NCBI GenBank assembly: GCA_002269645.1
Contig: NIVC01000427.1
Span: 17,590 to 81,589, forward strand
Direction: 5' to 3'
Length of the DNA stretch: 64,000 nucleotides
Source of the DNA: Macrostomum lignano
Taxonomy: Eukaryota
In this document: piece after piece, positions 1-10,749 of the stretch
Layout of the letters: the number at the start of each line of letters is the position of its first letter
Numbering within the stretch: the first letter of the stretch is position 1
Translations under genes and position numbers: made by a program
Notes under the pieces: generated by a model
What the model was told of the DNA's origin: nothing
What the model saw: only the letters and a program-made list of their open reading frames with translations
Databases searched by the model: none

Positions 1-818
1 TCAGCCCCCAGCTTCTCGGCTGTGGGCTGTCTCTGTTTCGCTTCCATCCTGTTTTCCTCTGTCATGTGAGCAAGTCACATGACAGCTCTTGCGTTCTTTG
101 AGTCTTAAAGTGCAGTAAACATGTTTACTGCACTCGTTGGCCCTGTTTACCGGGTGAGTCACATGCTTTCGGACCCCTCCCTTTTCTAAGGAGAGGAGTG
201 ACTCAATTGCTAAAAATAGCAACTGAGTCACAGCCATGTGTACTCTGCCGGGGACCCTCAAGTGACGTCAGTTCTAAAAATAGAACAAGTCACGAGGTCT
301 TCCGCGCGCTTGTACCCTGCCTGAGACTCTCGAGTGACGTCAGTTCTAAAATAGAACAAGTCACGAGGTCTGGAGCGTGGGAATTTCCCGGCTATAAATA
401 GGAGCCCTCTCCCCCTTGTTTCCGTCAAGGAGTCTTCCTTCTGTTCAACCTCGAGTTCTACGTCAGCGTCTAACTGAGTGCCCGACTGCATACATTGAGT
501 CTGTTCGTATTGGTCTGACTGAGACCCGACCAAAGCGCCCCAAGCCTACGAGAGACTAACTCAGCCCTCCCTCTGCCATCCAAGCCCGGCAGGTACTGCT
601 GACGAGACGCCTTATACGTTGAGCTGCAAATCTGCACGTCGTGCTGTGTTCGTTGACTTCATTATTTCGTTCCGACGGGAAGCTCACCTCACCGAAGGCC
701 GAGACCTGAAAGAACTGGTGGCAGCACTACCTACGCTACTAAAGTTAAGAAGGCTTCTAAGTGAGAGGACGGAGCCCAAGTCACTGCGCTGTACAGCAGG
801 ACAACCACAGGTACAACA
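1..818 (+). mobile_element. Long terminal repeat (5' end outside window) of an LTR retrotransposon, probably Ty3/Gypsy-like; internal region truncated
   Basis: Ends ...TACAACA at 818, followed after 1 nt by an 18-20 nt tRNA-Leu PBS. TATAAATA at 393-400 is preceded by a dense enhancer-motif region. No gag/pol or second LTR follows. Confidence 0.8.
59..400 (+). promoter_or_regulatory. LTR U3 enhancer/promoter motif cluster
   Basis: M-box inverted pair (59-85); perfect 24-bp palindrome with two GTAAACA Fox sites (110-133); AP-1 at 155-161, 199-205 and 224-230; MEF2 CTAAAAATAG at 210-219 and 274-283; CRE TGACGTCA at 263-270 and 335-342; kB GGGAATTTCC at 379-388; TATA at 393-400. Confidence 0.7.
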
Positions 819-819
819 T

Positions 820-839
820 TGGTGGCAGCGGTGGGATTC
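820..839 (+). promoter_or_regulatory. Primer-binding site complementary to the tRNA-Leu 3' end
   Basis: TGGTGGCAGCGGTGGGATTC is the reverse complement of GAAUCCCACCGCUGCCACCA, the conserved 3' end of eukaryotic tRNA-Leu(AAG/UAG) including CCA. Confidence 0.85.
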
Positions 840-882
840 AAAGACCTACCAGGCCACCCCGAGAAAACCCCAAACTATTTCA

Positions 883-1139
883 GAAGGTTTGAGCTAATGA
901 AGGTTTGAGCTAATGGAGTTTTGAGCTAATGAAGTTTTGAGCTAATGGAGTTTTGAGCTAATGGAGTTTTGAGCTGATGAAGGTTTGAGCTAATGGAGTT
1001 TTGAGCTAATGAAGGTTTGAGCTAATGGAGTTTTGAGCTAATGGAGTTTTGAGCTAATGGAGTTTTGAGCTAATGGAGTTTTGAGCTGATGAAGGTTTGA
1101 GCTAATGAAGGTTTGAGCTAATGAAGATTCGAGCTAATT
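883..1139. repeat. 16-bp minisatellite (GAGCTAATGGAGTTTT / GAGCTAATGAAGGTTT)
   Basis: About 16 tandem copies. Confidence 0.95.
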
Positions 1140-1283
1140 AAGTTTCATAATGAAACGTTTGTAAAGTAACGGTATTCCCATTGTGAAGTTTCAAGCTTAC
1201 GAGCTGTAAATTTTACTCGTTTTTGAATGCGTGCAATTTCGAGCTAGCAGTTTATCTGCCGAGTAGAAGATAAAGCTGCTCAC

Positions 1284-1676
1284 CTGAGCCAACGGGGCGG
1301 CGCCCGCCGGATCAATATGCCGATACCAGCAGTTCTGGCCGCGCTTGCAACTGCCGCGCTGGTAGAACACGCACGCTTGGAGCGTCTGCGCCTTGGCAGA
1401 ACTCTTCGAGCTGTCCTGCCTGACGGCGCTGCTCAGGTCGTGGCTGAACCGGCACCGGTCGCCATGGGGACAGACTCCGTCGCGTTTCAAATACCAGCAG
1501 ACTGTGCTGATGGTTACCCGGGCAACGGCGGGACCTCCTTCCACTGATGATTCTGCTGCTGCTGCAAGCGGTGCCGGGGGACGAGCGTGCAAGAATCGGC
1601 ACTGGTTGCCATGGCGACAGTTGCCACGCTGATAAAAATAGCACAGCTGCTGTTGCTGAGCGTCTTTGCTAGCCAT
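1284..1676 (-). CDS. Exon 1 of a triple CCCH (C3H1) zinc-finger protein (makorin-like or CCCH-RING/RBR-like N-terminus); rest of gene lies left of the window
   Basis: Three C-x7/8-C-x5-C-x3-H motifs (CYFYQRGNCRHGNQCRFLH, CWYLKRDGVCPHGDRCRFSH, CVFYQRGSCKRGQNCWYRH); donor CAG|GTGAG at 1284/1283. Confidence 0.85.
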
Positions 1677-1851
1677 GCAATAGTTGAATAGTTAAAAGAA
1701 ACAAAATAAACGCGCGCAAATATTACTACTGCGGTTTTGAGTAGTATCGGAACACAAGTTGAAAGATTTTTATATTTAAAAATTAAAAAATAAGCAATAT
1801 TTTTAGCAGCTGGAAGACACTACTATTAAAAATTTAAATTTATAGCTATAT

Positions 1852-2180
1852 GGGTTAGAGCTGGAGTGAGTACATTTGGGGTTGGGTTAGAGCTGGAGTG
1901 AGTACATTTGGGGTTGAGTTAGAGCTGGAGTGAGTACATTGGGGGTTGGGTTAGAGCTGAAGTGAGTACATTGGGGGTTGGGTTAGAGCTGGAGTGAGTA
2001 CATTGGGGTTGGGTTAGAGCTGGAGTGAGTACATTGGGGTTGGCTTAGAGCTGGAGTGAGTACATTGGGGTTGGGTTAGAGCTGGAGTGAGTACATTGGG
2101 GTTGGGTTACAGCTGGAGTGAGTGCATTGGGGTTGAGTTGGAGCTGGAGTGAGTGCATTGGGGTTGGCTTAGAGCTAAGT
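1852..2180. repeat. ~30-bp minisatellite (GGGTTGGGTTAGAGCTGGAGTGAGTACATT)
   Basis: About 11 tandem copies. Confidence 0.95.
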
Positions 2181-2849
2181 ACATTGAGGTGAGGGTGAAA
2201 ATAATCTGTAACAATTAAATTCTTGCCTTGCCAAAGAAACATCTTGCAGTGGTTTACCGACAATCTAATTGATAAACATTCCACAGTACTCAAAAATGTA
2301 CAATTTAATAAAATAATTCATTTTTCAAAGACCAATCACACAATCGATTGCATTATTGCTACATGCCATCATAATGCATCAGCAGTAATGTGAAAATAAA
2401 TGTTTTTTATTATAAATTGAATGATATATATTTGTATTCTTTAAAGTAAACAGTTTGTTGGTTGCTGCAGCACAGAGCCACAGAAGTTTCATTTTTCTGT
2501 AGTACAGTACTTGAAGAATAGCATATATCACAGTTAAAAATACTTATGAACTATATTTCTTAAGAAAGTTTTGTATTTACAGGGCTCCCTCTCTTTCAGT
2601 AACAGATGACCGTTACCCGTTTATCAAGAAGGAAAATAGTTATTAAAACCACAAATAAACATAGGCTATTAAGAGCAATTAAAGAGGCTTGTCAACAAAT
2701 TAAGATAATGAACAGTAAATGAAGAGCTTGATTCTAACGTCAACGAATTGAAAAATTAAACACAATGTACAGAAGAGCGGATTTTTTTAATGGTCAAACT
2801 GATTGTAAAAACTGCACATTACAATGTTATATTGTTACCACAGATACTA

Positions 2850-3290
2850 GAATAACTAGATGGGCCACTTAGCACATTTGCGTGTAAGCTACTTTCAGTT
2901 CAGTAGTAAGCTAAACAGAAGCATTTAAATGTATTTTTAAAGCCAAGGCTCATTTATTGGCTCTTACCCCCCCCCCCCCTAGCTAAAACCCCCAACCGCG
3001 CCTTTCCAATCTACCCCCAGCCCCGCCCCAATTTTTATTGCCTTTCTCGGAATTCCAGCCTAAAGCTGCCATGTACATTTCAGCGGACTGGCTAATGTAC
3101 ATTACTGCTGAACCAATTAGCAAGCTGTTTTCGCCTGCAAGCTTTTGTTTGAGATTCTAAACTTATCAAAGTCATTTTAGCTGCCTCGATTTTTTATAAA
3201 AAAGCTTATGTATTCTTCTTTGCTACTGAACTGAAAGTAGAAAGCTGTTTTACTAAGTATATATGCCTGAGTGGCCCATTTAGTCATTTC
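2850..3290. mobile_element. Degenerate MITE-like element
   Basis: Inverted terminal segments TAGATGGGCCACT / AGTGGCCCATTTAG and CTACTTTCAGTTCAGTAG / CTACTGAACTGAAAGTAG; no coding capacity; TSD not resolved. Confidence 0.55.
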
Positions 3291-3711
3291 AATTTAGAAT
3301 CTGTGATTGCTACTTGCAGTAGCAAATAGTGTTTGTTATAATTGATGGAATAAACGTACAGAAAACTTTCAATTAGTGTGGCAGAGGCTATACGGCTGTT
3401 GATGAAACACGGAGTAGTCATTCAGGTATAAAATATACATAGCAATATTTCTCAACACCTGCACATCTCTAAGCAGGACTGAAGCTCAAAAATGTAACTG
3501 AATAAAAAACTGAGGGAGAACGACTCCGACCCGTATTAGCTCTTCATTATAGAACATAGGCTGGAATCTGCAGTGAGGGGCATTGCTAGAATGGGAGTTA
3601 CATCTGTTTCCGGTACTTTCTCTGCGTTTTCGACTCTTCCGGGGAAAGCTCCATCTACTTCCGGTTCTTCTAGTGGGAGTTCCGTCTCTAGTTTAGTTAC
3701 TTCTAACTAGG

Positions 3712-4050
3712 GTTATTCGGTATTTTCCGGTGAGAGTTTTATCTACTTCCGGAATTTCCGGTGAGAGTTTTATCTACATCCGGTATTTTCCGGTGAGAGT
3801 TTTATCTACTTCCGGAATTTCCGGTGAGAGTTTTGTCTACTCCGGGTATTTTCCGGTGAGAGTTTTATCTACTTCGGGTATTTCCAGTGAGAGTTATCTA
3901 CTTCGGGTATTTCCGGTGAGAGTTTTATCTACTTCCGGTGAGAGTTCTATCCAAGTCTGGTATTTCCGGTGGAAGTTTTATCTACTTCCTGTATTTCCGG
4001 TGAGAGTCCCATCGATTTCAGTTATTTCTGGTGAAAGTTTCATTTACATC
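3712..4050. repeat. Degenerate ~31-bp minisatellite (TTTCCGGTGAGAGTTTTATCTACTTCCGGAA)
   Basis: About 10 diverging tandem copies. Confidence 0.85.
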
Positions 4051-4190
4051 CAGTCCGTTCAGGAAAAAAAGTTTTGATAAATAAAAAATCCAGCTATATA
4101 AACCAGCAATAAGCAAATATCTACTCCTCTATAAGCCTCTGAGCAGTCAATACCCAAACAAAGCAGGGAGTAGATTCGTTCAGCAACTGA

Positions 4191-4541
4191 TTAGGATCGA
4201 AGCGCGGCTAGCCGATCCCGCATAGCGTCCATGTCCTCCTCCTCTTCTGGCTCGGCGCCTCCGGTGGCTCCGGCCGCGGCCGCATCGGCGGCGGCGTCTG
4301 GCAGACGATCCTGGACAGCGTCTGGCGCGGTGCCCATCACGCCGTTAGTCAAGTCAAATAGGACCTTATCAACCTCCTTGTCGGCGTCAGCTTCCAATTG
4401 ATCGTCGTCGCCAAGCACGTCGCTCATAGCGTCCTCCATCATTTCGTCCATGATGCCCATTTTGGTCATCTCGCGGCTCATCTCCATCATAGTCTGCTGG
4501 ATCTCCGGCACCTTGACCAGCTTCTGCATGGCATGCATCAC
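4191..4541 (-). CDS. CHMP3: CHMP3/VPS24 (ESCRT-III), exon 2
   Basis: VMHAMQKLVKVPEIQQTMMEMSREMTKMGIMDEMMED...MRDRLAALRS matches the CHMP3 C-terminal half, including the terminal MIM-like helix; acceptor AACAG| at 4542; phase 0. Confidence 0.93.
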   Translation of the reverse strand: MMHAMQKLVKVPEIQQTMMEMSREMTKMGIMDEMMEDAMSDVLGDDDQLEADADKEVDKVLFDLTNGVMGTAPDAVQDRLPDAAADAAAAGATGGAEPEEEEDMDAMRDRLAALRS

Positions 4542-5133
4542 CTGTTGATTGGCGATAGTAAAAGCGATTTATAACTAAATGACATAAAAAAGAGCACTAG
4601 AGTTGGCGATTGATCTGCGTGTAGATGGAGCCCAGGCATCTGGAACCAGAGATTAGAGTGCCTGCTGCTCTTTGCCAAACTGCCTATTTTTATACCACTG
4701 TAAGGCTTTCTAGCGAGACCCTTCAAATATGTGCATCTGTTTATCAGGTTAAAAAATGTACACAAAAATTGGCCAATATGTAATAAAACGTGTAAAAAAT
4801 GTACTCGATTAGCCACAGAATCGAAGATACATTTTAACTTCCAGTTGGTGAGTCCATGGCTTGTGTTGCTTGCTCCTTCACTCTGTGCATGGTTAGTCTA
4901 TGGCCAAAACTCCCAACCTTGGGATACACGACATGATTGATGTAAGATTGTTGTCTTACATGATGAAAGGACTGTCACATGAACACTGTGTGGTTAAGGC
5001 TCAAATCTCTACAGGTGACAAAATTGTTTAGTCATTAGTTAATCAAGTCAATGATTTATACGTTTTGTTTCATTGAGCCGCTCGTACATATTAGCCCATT
5101 AGCTTCAATGACTCGCCCCATCTACTGTATGTA

Positions 5134-6383
5134 TTGGGCTGTTAGGAAAGTTCTGTCCGTTTTGACTAAAATATGTTGGAGCGAGTTTTTATAGGAATGC
5201 AGCAGTGTTACTCAGTAAAATAATTGCCATCGCAATCGATGACCCTCTGCCAACGAGAGGGCAGACTTTGGATGCCAGCTCTGTAGAAATCCTTGGGCTG
5301 TGATTCAAAAAAGTTAGTAATGCAGTCCTTGACCCCTTTGTCATCTTCAAACGTTTTCTCTTTCAGATGATGGTGCAGCGCTCGAAAAAGATGGTAGTCT
5401 GTAGGGGCCAGATCGGGGCTGTACGGCGGGTGGGGCAGCACTTCCCAGCCCAGATCCAGCAGCTTTTGTCGGGTCAAATTGGCGGTGTGCGGCCGAGCGT
5501 TGTCATGAAGGAAGCGAACATGCTGACGCCCTGGACGCTGTGTGCGGAGGCAGTCGGCCACATTCTGCAGCTGGTTACAGTAGAGCTCGGCGGTGATGCT
5601 GGTGTTGGGCGGCAGCAGCTCGAAGTATACAACTCCTTCACTGTCCACCAACAGCAGAGCATCACCTTCTTAGGGTGCAGTGGGGCCTTTGGCTCTGGCT
5701 GTGGCGGCTTGCCGGCATCGACCCACTGGCGCTTGCGGTGTATATTAACGTACATCACCCACTTCTCATCGCCAGTGAGTATTGAGGCCAGCCAGTCTGT
5801 TGTTCTCTTGTAGGAGAGCAGTGAGGTGCAAATGTCTGCTCGGCTTTGACGGTCCCTGTCAGTCAGGTCATGGGGGGTCCACTGTCCAAGCTTGCTTTTC
5901 TTGCCCATGGCAGCCAGGTGTTCAGCGACTTGCACATGGGAGCACCCGAGAGTGGCTGCCAGCTCTCGTGTAGTCTGGTGCGGATTGGCCTCCACAAGTG
6001 TCCGCAGCAGCTCAGTGTCTATCTCAGATGGGCGTCCAGGGCGAGGTTCGTCAGCAAGGCTGTAGTCGCCGCTGCAAAAGCGATCAAACCAACGACGGGC
6101 TGTGCGGTCAGAGACAGCATCCTGGCCAAATGCACTGCACAGTCGTCGAGTCGATTCGGCTGCTGTAATACCTGCTAGAAAATCATATAGCATGCACTGC
6201 CTTAGAGCGATGCTGTTTAATTCGAAATTTCTGGCCATAATTGGGCGCTGAAAAGCAAATGACTTGGTTAGAATGACCACAACTCTGGCTGTATATGCAT
6301 ACACAAGTATTGGATCCAACACAGCTTCATGATCCTCTGCATAGAAAAATAAAAAAACGGACAGAACTTTCCTAACAACCCAA
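5134..6383 (-). mobile_element. Full-length mariner (D,D34D) transposon, 1250 bp, in the CHMP3 intron
   Basis: ~30-bp TIRs TTGGG(C/T)TGTTAGGAAAGTTCTGTCCGTTTT with 1 mismatch; TA flanks at 5132-5133 and 6384-6385. Confidence 0.95.
5208..6238 (-). pseudogene. Mariner transposase, ~343 aa, with a single 1-bp frameshift near 5646
   Basis: HTH region, WTPHDL, GDEKW, HDNARPH-x34-D and YSPDLAPTD motifs. TGGTGGACAG needs one more G to read WWDSEGVV. Confidence 0.9.
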
Positions 6384-6491
6384 TAAATCAAAAAACTGCA
6401 CTCAGCCTACTCATGTCTAAAAACATAAGGTGCGATGAAGACAGTCAGGCACTCAAATGTTCATCGATAGTGCTTATCACGCATCACACAC

Positions 6492-6815
6492 CTCGGTACT
6501 CTTTTGCATAGCTCCGGCCATCCGGGTGACAGCCAGCTGGTGGTCCATCTCCATCATCACGGAGTTCATCTGGGCCTTGGCGGCGTACAATCGGCCAACA
6601 GCTTTGCGCGTCTGCAGCACCTCCTTGGCAACCACCATGGCGGCTGATTTATTGCCAGATTTGCAATACTTTTTAATTTCCGCCTCGGCAGTTTTCTGCT
6701 TGCGTTGTATAGCATTAATGTCTCGGTCGAGTCTGTAGCCCTCTTTACGCAGCTTAGACTTCATCTCGCGAACCTGCTCCTTCGGGTCTTTGGGTTTCTC
6801 GCCGAAGAGGCCCAT
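6492..6815 (-). CDS. CHMP3: CHMP3/VPS24 (ESCRT-III), exon 1
   Basis: MGLFGEKPKDPKEQV...LYAAKAQMNSVMMEMDHQLAVTRMAGAMQKSTE; donor GAG|GT at 6492/6491. Confidence 0.93.
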
Positions 6816-7009
6816 GCTTTGCTTCGCTTTGTAGGGGAATGTGGTTTACAGAACTTGGCTAATAGCTTTCGCGGTTAAGCACTGGGACGAGTTTGACATG
6901 AATTTAGCATTAAAAAGTGCAGGAATTTAGATCTAGACTAGAATGCACATGCAGTGTTTAGCACCTATTTAGCTTCAGAATTGCGGAAGAATTAAGGACT
7001 GGGGAAAAC

Positions 7010-7945
7010 GGCAACTGAAGGACAGGAGGAACTGAAGGATGAGGAACTGAAGGACGAGGAACTGAAGGACAGGAGGAACTGAAAGACAGGAGGAACTGAA
7101 GGACAGGAGGAACTGAAGGATGAGGAACTGAAGGACGAGGAACTGAAGGACAGGAGGAACTGAAGGACAGGAGGAACTGAAGGACAGGAGGAACTGAAAG
7201 ACAGGAGGAACTGAAGGACAGGAGGAACTGAAGGACAGGAGGAACTGAAGGACAGGAGGAACTGAAGGACAGGAGGAACTGAAGGACAGGAGGAACTGAA
7301 GGACAGGAGGAACTGAAGGATGAGGAACTGAAGGACGAGGAACTGAAGGACAGGAGGAACTGAAAGACAGGAGGAACTGAAGGACAGGAGGAACTGAAGG
7401 ATGAGGAACTGAAGGACGAGGAACTGAAGGACAGGAGGAACTGAAAGACAGGAGGAACTGAAGGACAGGAGGAACTGAAAGACAGGAGGAACTGAAGGAC
7501 AGGAGGAACTGAAGGACAGGAGGAACTGAAGGACAGGAGGAACTGAAGGACAGGAGGAACTGAAGGACAGGAGGAACTGAAGGACAGGAGGAACTGAAGG
7601 ATATGGGAACTGTAGGACAGGAGGAACTGAAGGATATGGGAACTGTAGGACAGGAGGAACTGAAGGATATGGGAACTGTAGGACAGGAGGAACTGAAGGA
7701 TATGGGAACTGTAGGACAGGAGGAACTGAAGGATATGGGAACTGTAGGACAGGAGGAACTGAAGGATATGGGAACTGTAGGACAGGAGGAACTGAAGGAT
7801 ATGGGAACTGTAGGACAGGAGGAACTGAAGGATATGGGAACTGTAGGACAGGAGGAACTGAAGGATATGGGAACTGAATCACAGGAGGATATGGGAACAA
7901 AAGAACAGAAGAATAATGAAGGACAGGGAAAGTGAAGACAGGAGG
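7010..7945. repeat. 17-bp minisatellite (GAACTGAAGGACAGGAG) grading into a 33-bp higher-order unit
   Basis: About 55 sub-units; from ~7590 a 17+16-bp dimer is repeated about 9 times. Confidence 0.95.
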
Positions 7946-8359
7946 AACTAAAGGAACAAATTGGTATCACAAAACTGCATGACCATTTCTTAATACTAAG
8001 AAAATAACTGAGAAAAAGACATCAACTTACGCAGGACAAAGTTGACAGCGCTTTAGCCAGTGTATTTGTTTCTATTTTAATCTCATTGGCGACGTTTATG
8101 TTAATTATTCGCTTTTGTTGAACAAGTTCTTAAGAAAACAATAACGATGGTAGAAAATATGCTGGATAAATGTTCATTACACTACTGTTAGTAGAATAGT
8201 GCATATAGTTTAGTAAGCTTAAATATTGACCAGGACTCTGGATAAACACAAATTCAAGGTGTCACAGCTACTACTACTACTATTACTACTACGGCTAACT
8301 GCTTCTCTTTTTTATCTAACTGAACAGACAAGTTCCATTTTGGTGGCTAATTGAATCGC

Positions 8360-8797
8360 TCACTGCCACTGAGCCCCGGTGCCGAAGCGCTGTCGGCATT
8401 GTTTAAGAATCTCGCTATAGCCGGCGCACAGGCTAATATCCTGCTGGTTAACGCTGCAGTTCATTAGCTGCTCCATCTCGTATTGGCAGGGCTGCTGCTG
8501 CTGCTGCTGCTGGGCAGCACCCGGGTCAGCGGCAGATTCGACAGCTCCGCCGCTGCCGCCGAAGCTGCCAGTGATGGCGTGTCCGATGGTGTGCCCGATG
8601 GCCACTCCGCCGGCTGTGGATGCCATGTTCGACAGGAAGCCGCCGCCGCCCGAGGGGGCCGATGCAGCCGGGGCGGGCTGTGCCGGCGGCCTAGCGGCTG
8701 GCACATTGTTGCTGGGCCGCGGAGCGGCCGGTGGCGGGGCGGCCGGCCTGCGCATGAAGCCGCCGCCACCGCCTCCTCCTCCAGATCTGCGACCCAT
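8360..8797 (-). CDS. CHCHD2: CHCHD2/CHCHD10-family mitochondrial intermembrane-space protein, single coding exon
   Basis: Gly/Arg/Pro-rich N-terminus, hallmark MASTAGGVAIGHTIGHAITG segment, twin CX9C motif (CQYEMEQLMNC, CAGYSEILKQC). Confidence 0.92.
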   Translation of the reverse strand: MGRRSGGGGGGGGFMRRPAAPPPAAPRPSNNVPAARPPAQPAPAASAPSGGGGFLSNMASTAGGVAIGHTIGHAITGSFGGSGGAVESAADPGAAQQQQQQQPCQYEMEQLMNCSVNQQDISLCAGYSEILKQCRQRFGTGAQWQ

Positions 8798-8974
8798 TGT
8801 TAATAATTAATAGGTGAGAGACTTGCGAGCATGCAGCGAATGAGATTGCGCAATGACTCGGTCTCGGATTAAAATGGCTATTTAATTATTCTAGGACCCT
8901 GGAACCTTAAAATCTTCTATGGAACTTGAAGGCATGACAAAAGTAAGGGACTATTCAGAGTCTATTCTTTATAT

Positions 8975-9490
8975 ATTGATTCAGGGGCGATTCTCTATAA
9001 ACATGATTCAGAGACGATTCTCTATAGATTTGATTCAGGGGCGATTCTTTATAGACTTGATTCAGGGGCGATTCTCTATAGACTTGATTCAGGGGTGATT
9101 CTCTATAGACTTGATTCAGGGGCGATTCTCTATAGATTTGATTCAGGGGCGATTCTTTATAGACTTGATTCAGGGGCGATTCTCTATAGACTTGATTCAG
9201 GGGCGATTCTCTATAGATTTGATTCAGGGGCGATTCTTTATAGACTTGATTCAGGGGCGATTCTCTATAGATTTGATTCAGGGGCGATTCTCTATAGACT
9301 TGATTCAGGGGCGATTCTTTATAGACTTGATTCAGGGGCGATTCTCTATAGATTTGATTCAGGGGCGATTCTCTATAGACTTGATTCAGGGGCGATTCTC
9401 TATAGACTTGATTCAGGGGCGATTCTCCATAGACATGAAATTCTTCCGAAGTAATTCAAAGACGATTTATTAGATATGATTCAGTGGTGA
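8975..9490. repeat. 27-bp minisatellite (GATTCAGGGGCGATTCTCTATAGACTT)
   Basis: About 18 tandem copies. Confidence 0.95.
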
Positions 9491-10611
9491 TTTTCAGAAC
9501 AGGCCTGAGTGATACAATGCTAATTATTATGCCTAACTAGCGAAAACTTCAAGACTGGCATGACAAATAATAAACAAGTAAAGTACCTCCCAACAGTTTT
9601 TTGAAATTGTGCGATTTTTATTGAGTTGACTGTTAAACAAAAGCGTTGCAAACACCGTTTCTATGAGGAGATTCTACTGATAAATCAAACTTGAAAAATG
9701 TAGAGAAAATGAGAAAATCAATGGCAGAAAACAACCGTCTGACAAAAAATAAAAATAAACCACAAAATTCGAAGTGCTACTATACTACTTATACTAGTGT
9801 TTTACTGGCACCAATTTGAATTTAAAATGAAGAAAAAACCCTTCCATGAACCGAAAAAAGCAGAAATTAAACGAATGAAGGAAGTTCATTAATAAGATTT
9901 AGTGCTCAACAAGATTGGGACATTGCGATCTTTATGAGTTCTTGCTCTATTCTAAATCTGTAAAAAGACTGGTCTAGTGCTTAGTTTGGGCACTTCGTTG
10001 AATAAACATACAGTACATACCTAGCATATCAGAAGTTGAGATAGCAGAACAATGCTGGGCTCGAAGCAGGCCAAAAAATTTATTTAAGTATATTTTATCC
10101 ATAAGCGCAAAGAAGTCAGCTGTTTAATGTTTAATACAAAAACGAGTTACTGAGTGCCCACCAAGAGATCAATACAACGAGAACAGAAAAGCGACTGCCA
10201 TATACTGTGCAGTTTCTTTAATCTAACAATAAATCTTTTGTTCGTTTTTGTCGTAGGAAAAAACTAATTAGATGACAAGCTATTCAACCATTCAAATATA
10301 GTCATAGTTACTCTCGCTGTTTACCTAAAAAATTGCAAGATTTTTTTAGCAACGCTCAAGGCAAACAAATAAATTAAATAGAGAAAACACAAATAAACTA
10401 CTCATAATAAAAAGCTGCATTTTGATTAGAGTCAGATTAAATCTAGCAGCAGAGCGTTTAGAAATGTTCTGTTTGGCACACGTGAACTACTTAAAGTATT
10501 ATATATCTAAATAATGTCAGTTTTGGGTCAATTGAAGTACACAAATCAAAAAACATCAAAGGCTAGCAGTTATGCTTTATGCTCATAGGTAGATTGTTAA
10601 GACTAGCTCAA

Positions 10612-10719
10612 TTAAGTAAGCTTTCCCAGTTCAACTTTCTTGACAATCTCCGAGGCGGTGAATATCATTGAGTCGATTATGCCAGCCACCGTGAAGGTGC
10701 CTCCGACAATGGCGCAGAT
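10612..10719 (-). CDS. ERGIC1: ERGIC1 exon 5 (last)
   Basis: ICAIVGGTFTVAGIIDSMIFTASEIVKKVELGKLT*; acceptor CCCAG| at 10720. Confidence 0.92.
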   Translation of the reverse strand: MCAIVGGTFTVAGIIDSMIFTASEIVKKVELGKLT

Positions 10720-10749
10720 CTGGGCAAGTAATTAATAATAATAATTAAT

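Noticed and set aside
820-839. tRNA-Leu gene
   Set aside because: Only the 3'-terminal 20 nt, including the non-encoded CCA, are matched. This is a PBS, not a gene.
619-897. gag start ORF
   Set aside because: It lies mostly within the LTR, runs across the PBS, and has no Gag features.
1852-2180. Interstitial telomeric repeat
   Set aside because: It contains GGGTTAG once per 30-bp unit, but no tandem TTAGGG.
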